64,000 nt of DNA, from assembly GCA_018654845.1 (NCBI GenBank), contig JABIKU010000002.1, positions 13,729 to 77,728 of the forward strand. The letters are read 5' to 3'. Both the position numbers and the translations under genes were made by a program. Origin of the DNA: Methanobacteriota archaeon (GTDB taxonomy: Archaea > Thermoplasmatota > Poseidoniia > Poseidoniales > Thalassarchaeaceae). The notes below the pieces were generated by a model, which worked only from the letters and a program-made list of their open reading frames with translations, was not told the DNA's origin and searched no databases. Positions 40,483 through 49,800 of this stretch are shown here, one piece after another (position 1 is the stretch's first letter; each line of letters starts with the position of its first letter).

Positions 40483-41547
40483 ATGTCGAAGCGAAGTCTT
40501 TCAAATCTAGCTTCGTTCATTCGCGACATTGGTAGTTCTTGTTCAAAGGTTAGAATCATCGATGGGGTATTGATTGCCGGCTCAATAAACGGCAAATTGA
40601 ATGGCTGGGCAACTTCGACTGGCGAACTGCTTTGGAGTGTCGAAATCGATGGTATCATCGCTGATTTCGATTTCGAAAATGATACAATTTACACAACCGG
40701 GCCGAATAAATTATTCGCATTCTCAACAAATACTGAAAAAATATTGTGGAGTGAAGAATTGGAGGGCGGTGGCGACTTTGTGCGAATAATCAATGAAGAA
40801 ATCTGGGTCACATCTTCAGTGTATGATATTGAAGTGTTTGATTTTATCGAGGCAACAACCCAGCGGTTTTCGAAGAGTGGAAAATTACTAGAAAAGTGGA
40901 TCATTAACGAACGGCCATGGTTCCTCGGCGCAACACAAGGGGATGTTATTCTCGGCTTAGGTCGCCCTCGTTGTGGTGGAGTTCGGGTTCTGCCTGGTGA
41001 GATGTCCGAGCATTTTTTGCTCAGTAGCAATCAACCTGTGACTTCAGGAGCGAATTCGATTGACCGAATTTATTTCGGTCATTCGGATGGGACTGTAAGC
41101 ACTATCGATTGCAAATCTTTGAAGATTAACGATACCGCTCATCCCTCGGATTCTCTCGTCACTTCGATTATTAGTTCAGAAAATGGTTGGATATCAGGCC
41201 ATGAAGATGGAACGATTTGTTTTGATAATATGGATTTTCATTTTGATGGTAAAATCGATTCCATCGCTAATTTTGATGGAAATTGTTGGGCTAGTTTTTC
41301 GAATAATGGTAAAACGAATCTTGTAATCATCGACTCTGCGCAAAGCCAAACTTTCCTGGCTCATGAAAATAGGGTTAGATTTACCCATTCCGCCGACAAG
41401 GGGCTTGCCCTCGGAGATGACTCGGGAAAAGTTCTATTTTTTGAAATTGAAGTTGTCAAGCGCAGACTCGCTGAAAGTAATAATTCAGAAAAAGATGAGA
41501 AAAAGAGGGGACTGCTCAAAGACCGTCTCCGTCAGCTTCGTAGTTGA
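40483..41547 (+). CDS. PQQ/WD40-like beta-propeller protein
   Basis: TGELLWSVE, TEKILWSEE, GHSDGTV, GHEDGTI, GDDSGKV blade-like repeats. Confidence 0.7.
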   Translation: MSKRSLSNLASFIRDIGSSCSKVRIIDGVLIAGSINGKLNGWATSTGELLWSVEIDGIIADFDFENDTIYTTGPNKLFAFSTNTEKILWSEELEGGGDFVRIINEEIWVTSSVYDIEVFDFIEATTQRFSKSGKLLEKWIINERPWFLGATQGDVILGLGRPRCGGVRVLPGEMSEHFLLSSNQPVTSGANSIDRIYFGHSDGTVSTIDCKSLKINDTAHPSDSLVTSIISSENGWISGHEDGTICFDNMDFHFDGKIDSIANFDGNCWASFSNNGKTNLVIIDSAQSQTFLAHENRVRFTHSADKGLALGDDSGKVLFFEIEVVKRRLAESNNSEKDEKKRGLLKDRLRQLRS

Positions 41548-41552
41548 TATTT

Positions 41553-41606
41553 TTACAGTGGAAATTAACAAAATCATACCCTTGCATACCCCTATTTCCA
41601 GTGGAC
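41553..41606. promoter_or_regulatory. Pair of inverted ORB-like (Orc1/Cdc6 box-like) motifs
   Basis: ttacagtggaaat at 41553-41565 (+) and gtccactggaaatagggg at 41606-41589 (-) resemble the archaeal ORB core TCCAnTGGAAA plus a G-string. Confidence 0.4.
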
Positions 41607-41621
41607 TGCGGCTCTATTGGA

Positions 41622-41633
41622 GAAAGGTTTATT
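41622..41633 (+). promoter_or_regulatory. Candidate archaeal BRE/TATA promoter for the downstream structured element
   Basis: gaaagg-tttatt about 25 nt upstream of the first cUUCGg hairpin. Confidence 0.45.
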
Positions 41634-41657
41634 GACCCGACCCGCACCTGAGAACTT

Positions 41658-42297
41658 TGCCGCTTCGGTGAAGGGGTGTGGGGCCGCTTAGGCGGAACCC
41701 GCGGGCCACAAGAACCGAGCCCCGGAAATGGGGCGGTAGAACCGGAGATCGAAAGAGAACCGGGGAAGAGTTGGAACGCCCTGTGGGCGGGAAAACAACG
41801 GGAGAACTGAGGTGGGAAGAACCGGACGAAAGGAAGGGGAAAGAAGCAACAGGGAAAGCTGAGGAAAACATAACCGAACTGTTTCGACAGGGAAAACACG
41901 ACCAAAACAGAAAACCATCCCGAAGAGGTAAACGAGCGAAGGGCGGGAACCAGCAATGGAACAGACCTGAGGCACGGGTACGGGAAAACGAAGAGGAAAA
42001 GAACTGGACGCAAGGAAGGGGAAAAGAAACGGAGAGGAAACGAACTGGGAACGAGAGCGCAGAAATGCGTGGAGGACCAATACCGAGACGTGAAAAGAAC
42101 TGGTGAGAGCTAGGGATGGAAGCGGAGACGGCGAAAGATGGAGAGATCCAACAAGAGTCGGAAAAGGACGAGGAGACACAAGTAGTCTCGGAGTCATCTA
42201 CCCTTGGAAAGCAGGGGCCTTAGGGCCCCGGCGGACCGGGGACCCTGCGGAGTAGCAGGGAAAATGCTCCCCCAATGTGCATTTTTCCTGCTGCTCC
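41658..42297 (+). ncRNA. Candidate large structured non-coding RNA (family not recognised)
   Basis: Intergenic; 33 T in 480 nt over 41701-42180; about 10 short hairpins with GNRA/UUCG/UUAG loops; G-U wobbles consistent with the + strand; repeated GAAC and GGAAAAC linkers. Confidence 0.65.
42249..42297 (+). other. 19-bp inverted repeat (3' stem of the candidate RNA, or a terminator-like hairpin between convergent units)
   Basis: ggagtagcagggaaaatgc (42249-42267) pairs with gcatttttcctgctgctcc (42279-42297); both deviations are G-U pairs on the + strand. Confidence 0.7.
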
Positions 42298-42352
42298 CAC
42301 CTAATTCAAAAGCCCATTATTTTCTAAGACCTTAGCGGAGCGTTTCTCAATT

Positions 42353-43954
42353 CTATTCTTTGGGCCCAATCATTAATTCTGGTCTGACCCATTCTTCGAA
42401 TTGTTGATCTGTTAACAATTTTAATTCGAGCGCGCTTTCTCTAAGCGTCAATCCTTTCGTGTGTGCATTTTTTGCTATTTTTGCAGCATTATCATAACCA
42501 ATATGTGGATTTAATGCTGTTACTAACATCAAGGAATTTTCAAGATGAGACTTGATATTATCTTCATTGGCTTCTAGACCAATTACACATTTATCGGAAA
42601 AAGATCGACAAGAATCTGAAATTATTCGAACGCTATGAAGAAGATTATGGATCATCATTGGCTTGTAGACATTGAGTTCAAAATTACCTTGGCTTCCACC
42701 GATTGAAATCGCAGTATTATTGCCCATAACTTGGCAACATACCATCGTCATCGCTTCAGCCTGGGTTGGGTTGACCTTGCCTGGCATGATACTAGATCCG
42801 GGTTCATTGGCCGGAAGTGCAAGTTCTCCAATACCGCATCGAGGACCTGATCCTAACCATCTGATATCATTGGCGATTTTCATTAGTGATGCAGCGAGTG
42901 TGTTAAGCGCTCCTGATGCAGCGACAATTGCATCATGTGCAGCCAATTGTGCAAATTTATTATCTGCGCTAATGAATTGTAATCCGGTTTTTTCAGCTAT
43001 TTTTTCTGCAACGTTTTCAGCAAAATCAGGATGTGTGTTCAGCCCTGTACCGACTGCCGTTCCACCTAGAGCAAGTTCCAGTAAATCGGTAAGTGCAGCA
43101 TCTATTCGGCGAAGATCGGCATCAAGCATCGAGACATATCCGCCAAATTCTTGACCGAGTGTCAAAGGTACGGCATCCATCAAATGGGTTCTACCAATTT
43201 TCACGATGTTTTCGAATTCTTTGGCTTTATTTGCGAGTACAGTGCGTAAATGACGTACTGCTGGAATTAATCGATGATGGAATTCCTCGGCTGCAGCGAT
43301 ATGCATTGCAGTCGGGAATGTGTCATTACTGGATTGTGCCCGATTGACATGGTCGTTCGGGTGAACTGGAGTTTTGCTTCCAAGAACACCATTTGTCAAC
43401 TCGATTGCACGGTTCGCAATAACTTCATTTGAATTCATGTTGGTTTGTGTTCCAGAACCAGTCTGCCAAATTCTGAGTGGAAAATGATCGTTGAGTGAAC
43501 CTGAAATTACTTCATCACAAACAACTGTAATCAAAGAACCGACCTGTTCATTGAGTTGACCGAGTTCGACATTGGTTTCGGCTGCTGCTTGTTTGAGAAT
43601 ACCAAAAGCGCGAATAATTGCATATGGCATTGTATCGGTTCCAATATCGAAGTTGATTAGTGAGCGGGCTGTTTGAGCGCCATAATATCGGTCTGCTTGA
43701 ACTTCCACTTCCCCCATAGTATCTTTTTCAATACGAATTTGTCCACTATCTGCACGAGCTGAACGGCTCGCAAACTCCGGCTCGAGTCTTCTTGGTTGAG
43801 CATCTGCTACAAGCGAGGTTTCAATCATTTTCGAAATTGTAGCAGAGCGCCCTCCTGTGCGCCCTTTGCCAACTCTTCTATCGAGTTTTTTTGCCAATTC
43901 TTCAGGTATACTGATGCTCATTATTCTGCGGTCGCCCGCTCGGTGCTTCACCAT
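42353..43954 (-). CDS. fumC: Class II fumarate hydratase with an N-terminal ribbon-helix-helix extension
   Basis: [49 protein letters not shown]; about 70 aa extra at the N-terminus. Confidence 0.96.
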   Translation of the reverse strand: MVKHRAGDRRIMSISIPEELAKKLDRRVGKGRTGGRSATISKMIETSLVADAQPRRLEPEFASRSARADSGQIRIEKDTMGEVEVQADRYYGAQTARSLINFDIGTDTMPYAIIRAFGILKQAAAETNVELGQLNEQVGSLITVVCDEVISGSLNDHFPLRIWQTGSGTQTNMNSNEVIANRAIELTNGVLGSKTPVHPNDHVNRAQSSNDTFPTAMHIAAAEEFHHRLIPAVRHLRTVLANKAKEFENIVKIGRTHLMDAVPLTLGQEFGGYVSMLDADLRRIDAALTDLLELALGGTAVGTGLNTHPDFAENVAEKIAEKTGLQFISADNKFAQLAAHDAIVAASGALNTLAASLMKIANDIRWLGSGPRCGIGELALPANEPGSSIMPGKVNPTQAEAMTMVCCQVMGNNTAISIGGSQGNFELNVYKPMMIHNLLHSVRIISDSCRSFSDKCVIGLEANEDNIKSHLENSLMLVTALNPHIGYDNAAKIAKNAHTKGLTLRESALELKLLTDQQFEEWVRPELMIGPKE

Positions 43955-44072
43955 ATTATTATCTGCGTTAATTAATTATTAATAAACTTCACCTTTTGAA
44001 GAGTAGTAACACGTTCGCACAAATTAATAAAGTCATATTATAGGAAAATACCCGAGATAATATCAGATAAAT

Positions 44073-44561
44073 TCAATCACGATCAACGCGAATAATCATC
44101 TGTGGTTCAGCGGGTTTGTCGCGGAAATCAGTTTGGATATTTTCGATTGCTCGAACTATTTCCATTCCATTGGTAACTTCGCCAAATACCGCATGGTTTC
44201 CATTCAACCAAGGCGTCTCTATAGTAGTCAAGAAAAATTGTGAACCACCTGTATTTCTGCCTGCATTTGCCATCGAGAATAGCCCTGGACGATCATGAGC
44301 CTTTGCGAGAGCTGATGGTTCGCATGGAATTTGCCAACCTGGCCCTCCTGTTCCAGCTGCGCGACTGTTTGGGTCCTTTGATTTTGGACAACCCCCTTGA
44401 ATCATGAAGTCCTTGATAATCCGATGGAAATGGAGTCCGTTGTAGAATCCAGAGTCAACTAATTTAAGGAAATTTGCAGTTGTGTCAGGGCAGTCGTCAG
44501 TGTAGAGTTTGATGTTAATGTCTCCAGCAGAGGTGTACATTGTTACGTTCGTCATGGGCAA
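44073..44561 (-). CDS. Cyclophilin-type peptidyl-prolyl isomerase
   Basis: FYNGLHFHRIIKDFMIQGG, SMANAG, GSQFF, HAVFGEV. Confidence 0.95.
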   Translation of the reverse strand: MPMTNVTMYTSAGDINIKLYTDDCPDTTANFLKLVDSGFYNGLHFHRIIKDFMIQGGCPKSKDPNSRAAGTGGPGWQIPCEPSALAKAHDRPGLFSMANAGRNTGGSQFFLTTIETPWLNGNHAVFGEVTNGMEIVRAIENIQTDFRDKPAEPQMIIRVDRD

Positions 44562-44613
44562 TCCTGTAGTCGGTTATTCAAGAGGATAATGGTCTAGTGC
44601 CGTAACAACACTA

Positions 44614-45726
44614 ATGGGTTACAATCAGTTTGATAGTGTCATGAGTGAACTAAGTGGACATGATTGTCCTCGGTGTAATCTAGAATTATACATAGAAACC
44701 AGTGGGCTGGATGAAGGCGCTGATTTATTGATTTGTAAAGAGTGCTGGGGGGTGGCGGTCGTCGCTAAATCGATGGAGTCAATCATTACAAATGGAAGAG
44801 AATTAGACGAAAAGAGTGCTGTCCCAGACACAAACAATATTGGATGCAATTGTCCGATTTGTTCAACTAAAATGAAAGAAATTGAATTAGACGTGCCTGA
44901 AGAAATCAGAGATAAATTAAATTTAATTGACGTGTCTGAATCTAAAAAGGTCATAATTGACTCTTGTGAGAATTGTCCTACCTTCTGGTTTGATGCTGGA
45001 GAATTAGATCTTCTAAATGGAATTCAACCTAAACTAAGGGGTGTGTTTTTTGAACCTGAATCGAATAGGCTAATAGATGATAAAACACTAACTGAAGAGG
45101 ATTTATACCGTAAAACAATGATTAGGAAAGGCGCGGGTTTTGGAGTATTAGTCTTCGCTGCTTTGATTGCATCTCTGGGCGACCCGGTTTTGATATTCGC
45201 AGCAGGAATTTTAGGGATTGGAGGAATAATTGCTATGTTGTCTAGTGACCCTGAACAAACTCTGGCTAAAGGCACCTGCGATAAATGTTTGAAGGAAAAT
45301 AAATCTCTAGCATGGAATTGCCAAAGAGGTGGGTGTTGGGCACATATTTGCACCGACTGTCAAACTGTGGACGTTGATCCAGTGGAAGCCTATGCCAAAA
45401 CTCTCGGAAAGGTTGCAGTTGGAGTAGTTATGGTAGGCATAGTAATCGCAGTCCTGCCAATGGGAGCTGGATCATTACCTTCTGGAGCACCTTTTGGAGC
45501 AAGTGAAAAGGAGGGAGAAAGGCCCGATTGGTGGGATATGTTACTCTGTAGGGAATGTGTGGAAGTGGCCAAAGAAGAGGCCGCTAAGGAAGGAGATGAA
45601 ATGAATCAACAAAATACGATTGAACCTATCTCGGATGGTTATTGCAATTACATAGATAGTCTAAATGGTAAAAAATGCAAAAGGCCAGATGTTAGAGACT
45701 CCGGTTATTGTTATGTCCATAAGTAA
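44614..45726 (+). CDS. Multi-zinc-finger membrane protein (zf-TFIIB-like ribbons, TM helices, C-terminal C3H finger)
   Basis: CPRC/CKEC, CPIC/CENC..FWFDAGEL, CDKC, CTDC, CREC, C..C..CYVH. Confidence 0.7.
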   Translation: MGYNQFDSVMSELSGHDCPRCNLELYIETSGLDEGADLLICKECWGVAVVAKSMESIITNGRELDEKSAVPDTNNIGCNCPICSTKMKEIELDVPEEIRDKLNLIDVSESKKVIIDSCENCPTFWFDAGELDLLNGIQPKLRGVFFEPESNRLIDDKTLTEEDLYRKTMIRKGAGFGVLVFAALIASLGDPVLIFAAGILGIGGIIAMLSSDPEQTLAKGTCDKCLKENKSLAWNCQRGGCWAHICTDCQTVDVDPVEAYAKTLGKVAVGVVMVGIVIAVLPMGAGSLPSGAPFGASEKEGERPDWWDMLLCRECVEVAKEEAAKEGDEMNQQNTIEPISDGYCNYIDSLNGKKCKRPDVRDSGYCYVHK

Positions 45727-45745
45727 GGATAAGAATTACTGAAGA

Positions 45746-46147
45746 TTAGGCTACAGTTGACCCTGGCAAAACACCATTCGGTATTTCTAGAAGGTTGACA
45801 GAACCATCTGGATCTAGTGCGCCCAATATAAGAAATTGAGATTTAAATCCAGTCGGTAGTGTCTTCTCACCGAGATTTATCGCACCAACAACCATCCTAC
45901 CAATCAATTGACTGCGTGGATAATTTGTAATTTGAGCAGAACTGGAAAGAGTTCCAACAACCGGTCCAAAATCTACATGAATTTTGTAAGAAGGTTTGCG
46001 CATTTCTGGGAATTCTTCAACATCAATTACCTTTCCAGCACGCATGTCGAGCGCGAAATAATCTCCAATTCCAACATACTCTTTGCGTTCAAGTTTTTCG
46101 GGATGATACGGCTCAACCTCTGAGTCGATTACGTGCTGATCACCCAT
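45746..46147 (-). CDS. csaA: tRNA-binding/chaperone protein CsaA (OB fold)
   Basis: LDMRAGKVIDVEEFPEMRKPSYK, DFGP, SSAQIT. Confidence 0.85.
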   Translation of the reverse strand: MGDQHVIDSEVEPYHPEKLERKEYVGIGDYFALDMRAGKVIDVEEFPEMRKPSYKIHVDFGPVVGTLSSSAQITNYPRSQLIGRMVVGAINLGEKTLPTGFKSQFLILGALDPDGSVNLLEIPNGVLPGSTVA

Positions 46148-46732
46148 TCACTCACCAGTAATATCAGATCGGACCAACAAAGGAACAAGATTTACTCCAG
46201 CCGATTCAAACGCTTCAGCTCCGCCTTCTTGACGATCGAGAATTGTGATGCAGGCTGCAACATCACAGCCCATATCACTTAGGCGAATCGCTGCCTTCAA
46301 AGCAGACCCGCCCGTTGTCGTCACATCTTCTAGCAACACTACACGGTCTCCACTTTGAATGGTCGACCCCTCAATTCCTGGAGGATTTCCCGTTTTTCTC
46401 CCTCCGCGCCCCTTTGGTTCCTTGCGAACCATGAAGCCGCGAAGCGTACTGCCTTTGCCTGCCTTCGCGATTGCAATTCCAGTGAGGGGAACGGCGCCGA
46501 GCTCTAGTCCACCAACCGCATCGACCGCACCGAGATTTTCAATCTCAGAATGAATCAGAACACCGAGTAGATGTGCGCATCCCGGATCCATCATCACCGG
46601 TTTCATATCGAAAAAATGTGGACTTTGACGGCCGCTTGCGAGTGTGAATAATTCGTTGGGAGAATAGAGATATGCTAATTCCTTGACCCTCTCGATTAAC
46701 TTCGATTTTGCTTCTCCAGCGCTCGTCGACAT
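46148..46732 (-). CDS. pyrE: Orotate phosphoribosyltransferase
   Basis: FTLASGRQS, ELGAVP, VRKEPK, VVLLEDVTTTGGS PRPP motif. Confidence 0.93.
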   Translation of the reverse strand: MSTSAGEAKSKLIERVKELAYLYSPNELFTLASGRQSPHFFDMKPVMMDPGCAHLLGVLIHSEIENLGAVDAVGGLELGAVPLTGIAIAKAGKGSTLRGFMVRKEPKGRGGRKTGNPPGIEGSTIQSGDRVVLLEDVTTTGGSALKAAIRLSDMGCDVAACITILDRQEGGAEAFESAGVNLVPLLVRSDITGE

Positions 46733-46870
46733 ACTTTCTCCCCACCCTGCGGTCACCTCGATTCGGATGAATGTTCTCTATGCTAACTACCCGAAAAGAC
46801 ACCATTTGCCCTGAATGTTCTTGGACGGCCGGTGTTGGTTATGTGATGTTGTCGCGGAGCCTGTAGTCTG

Positions 46871-49800
46871 ATGTCGAATAATGGAGCTGATTTATTGGCC
46901 ATCGATTCGGAACGGCTGAAGGCTGAATATGCAGCTTATGAGACATGGCTTGAGCGCCGAACTGAAGAGGTATATCAGTTGGCTAGTGAGGCGAAATCTA
47001 AAGGATTAGATTTTGAAAATTTTGTTGAAATTCCACGTGCGTCCGACCTTGCGAGCCGGACGGAAAAATTGCTTGAAACATATCTTGATGGAATGAAAAT
47101 TGAAGATGATTTGCGCGCTTTATTATTGACTACGGATCGTGAGAGTGCTTCGATTCAAATCGCCATCGATGTGTCGAAAAAAATGCATGAAGACACTGGT
47201 GATTTGCAAAAATCAATTGATTGTGGGCTGAGAGTTGGTTTGGCAGTATTGACAGAGGCGGTATTGGTTGCTCCACTCGACGGGATTGGTGATGTTCGAA
47301 TTCTGAATAATGCCGATGGTTCAGAATTTTTATCTATTGATTTTTGTGGTCCGATTCGGGCTGCCGGTGGTACGGCACAGGCGCTTGGGGTGTTGATTGG
47401 AGACAGTATTCGTAGAGAATTAGGAGTCTCGCGTTATATCCCAACAACTCCTGAAGTTGAGCGGGTCAAGGAAGAATTTGGATTGTACCGTTCTGGCTTG
47501 CAATACAAACCTCCTCCCGAGGAAATCGAAGTAATTGTTCGCGCTTGCCCAGTGATGGTCAACGGTGAAGAAACCGAGCGCATAGAATGTTCAGGATACA
47601 AGGAAGTTCGTAATATCGAAAATTCGAATGGGACCCCCAGAACAAGAATTCGCGGTGGAGTTATGCTAGTTATCGGCGAAGGACTTTGCCTGAAGGCGCC
47701 AAAAATTCAGAAACACACTGAACGGATGCAAATTCCGGGTTGGGAATTCATCGCTCAATTTGCAAAAAAAAGTAAGAGCGAAGAAATAACAATAGGTGCA
47801 TTCAAACCTAGAAAAATTCCTACAATTTCTAGATTCATGGACGATATTATCGCTGGGAGGCCGGTCTTTGGAGAGCCAGGCCAGCCAGGTGGATTCAGGC
47901 TTCGATATGGTCGAAGCAGAGCAACTGGTTTAGCTGCAGCTGGAATTCATCCTACCACAATGGAGGCGATGGGTGGGTTCCTTTCTGTCGGAACCCAGAT
48001 GAAAATTGAGCGGCCCGGAAAAGCCTGTGCTGTTACGCCTTGTACTGATCTAGAAGGTCCGACGGTTTTGTTGAATGATGGAACTTTTCGACGAATAGAA
48101 TCAATAACAGATTGGCGAAAAAATAAACCCAATGTCCTGACTATTTGGGATTCTGGCGAAATATTAATTGGCTATGGAGAATTCCTTGAAAATAACAAAA
48201 ATTTAGTTCCTTCACCCTACAATCGAGATTGGTGGTCTGTAGATTTAGCTGAGAGGCTTGACATGCCACAAAAAGTTGAGGACTTCGCTTCACTGCTAGA
48301 CTTTGATCGCTCGGAATTACCTCTCGGTTTACCATTTAATGGAGCAATAAAGCGAAGCGGGGAAGACCCGGTTGAACGTGTTTGGCGAAAGCGAAACTGG
48401 TCACATTACCTTCGTGATTTAGAACTGAGTTGGGAACAAATCAAAGAGATTTCAATTACCCACGGGACTGCAATTCCGCCGCCTTGGAATCTATGGTGGT
48501 CGGATTTGCCAATTTCTTTTTGTTCAAGTTTAATCGACAATATTTCTAAATCAATAATCGAAGAAAATTCTCTTCGATTTATCGGTGCTGCATCCGAATG
48601 GTCATCAGACCTTGACTTGGAAGATATCGGTTTACCGGATCCAACTACTAGCGAATGGCCGCTATGGACCCAAGTGAAAAATCATGGAATAGTAAAATCA
48701 TCACTGATGACCCTTGGTATTTCTCATCATCACGATGGAGAAGATATAGTCATTGAATCCGGATGGGAGGGTCTGTTGGAAGGTTTTGGCTTCAACATCG
48801 TAAATGGTTCTGCAAGAGTTAGGGTTGAGGCCGCCCCACATATCGAATATCGATTACAACAAATCCGTGGTGCAACGAATATTATTGAACAAGAAGAACT
48901 TAGATTGAAGGAACTTGAATCTCGCCGCGATGTCGAACGGATTGCGGCTACTACTACCGCTCGACAGGTAGGGAAAAGCATTAGTGAAACTGAACAAATT
49001 GGTGATGCTGCTGCTGCAAAAATTACCGATGAAGGACCTGATGATGATGCAGCCCTCCTTCAATCAAGAAAAATTCTTGACGACCACGAGGTCGATCGCT
49101 GCCTTTGGCTGGTCAGAAAATTATCCACATTACGTTGGGAAGATGCAGTTCCTGTTCGTATTGGAGCAAGGATGGGGCGACCCGAAAAAGCTGCTCGTCG
49201 GGAAATGAAACCTCTAACTCACGCCCTTTATCCAATCGGTGAAAACGGCGGCCCACAAAGATTGATGGGGAAGGCTGCAGAAAAAGGTCGTATCAGAGTT
49301 GAGCTTTGTCGACGATATTGCTCAAAGTGCGGACAAGAATCGCCGAATCTCAATTGCCACCACAGACCTGATCCGGAAATTCCGAAGGAATGTGGGGGCA
49401 AAACCGCCGAACGTGAGAGGAAGCCTGGGGCGATGATAAGAAGGCGAAGAGGTAGAAATTCGTGGGTTCATTTGGATCGTTTACTAGAGGTGAAGCGGCG
49501 CACCTTAGGACTCGATCGTTTGCCGCAAAAAATCAAATCTGTCAAAGTATTAACTTCTGAATCTCAAACACCAGAACCTATTGAAAAAGGCATACTGCGC
49601 GGCAAACATCAACTTTCAGTTTTCCGCGATGGCACTGCTAGATACGATATGATAGATGTTCCCGTCACTCACTTTAGGCCAAGTGAAATTAGAACTTCGT
49701 GGCGCGAATTAAAAGACCTTGGATATACCACCGATGTCAAAGGAAATGAATTGATTTCTGATGAGCAAATTCTCGAATTGTTTCCTCAAGATATTATTCC

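Noticed and set aside
41516-42197. Four overlapping ORFs (142 aa on +; 165, 80 and 169 aa on -) as real proteins
   Set aside because: The frames stay open because extreme T depletion on + (A depletion on -) removes stop codons; the products are low-complexity R/G/E/K or F/S/P/L strings with no motifs
41658-42297. RNase P RNA, SRP RNA or an rRNA fragment
   Set aside because: I could not find the RNase P GAGGAAAGUCC and AACAGAA..CGGCUUA regions, the SRP helix 8 (CAGG..CGGAAG..AGCA) or rRNA signatures; rejection is provisional until cmscan is run
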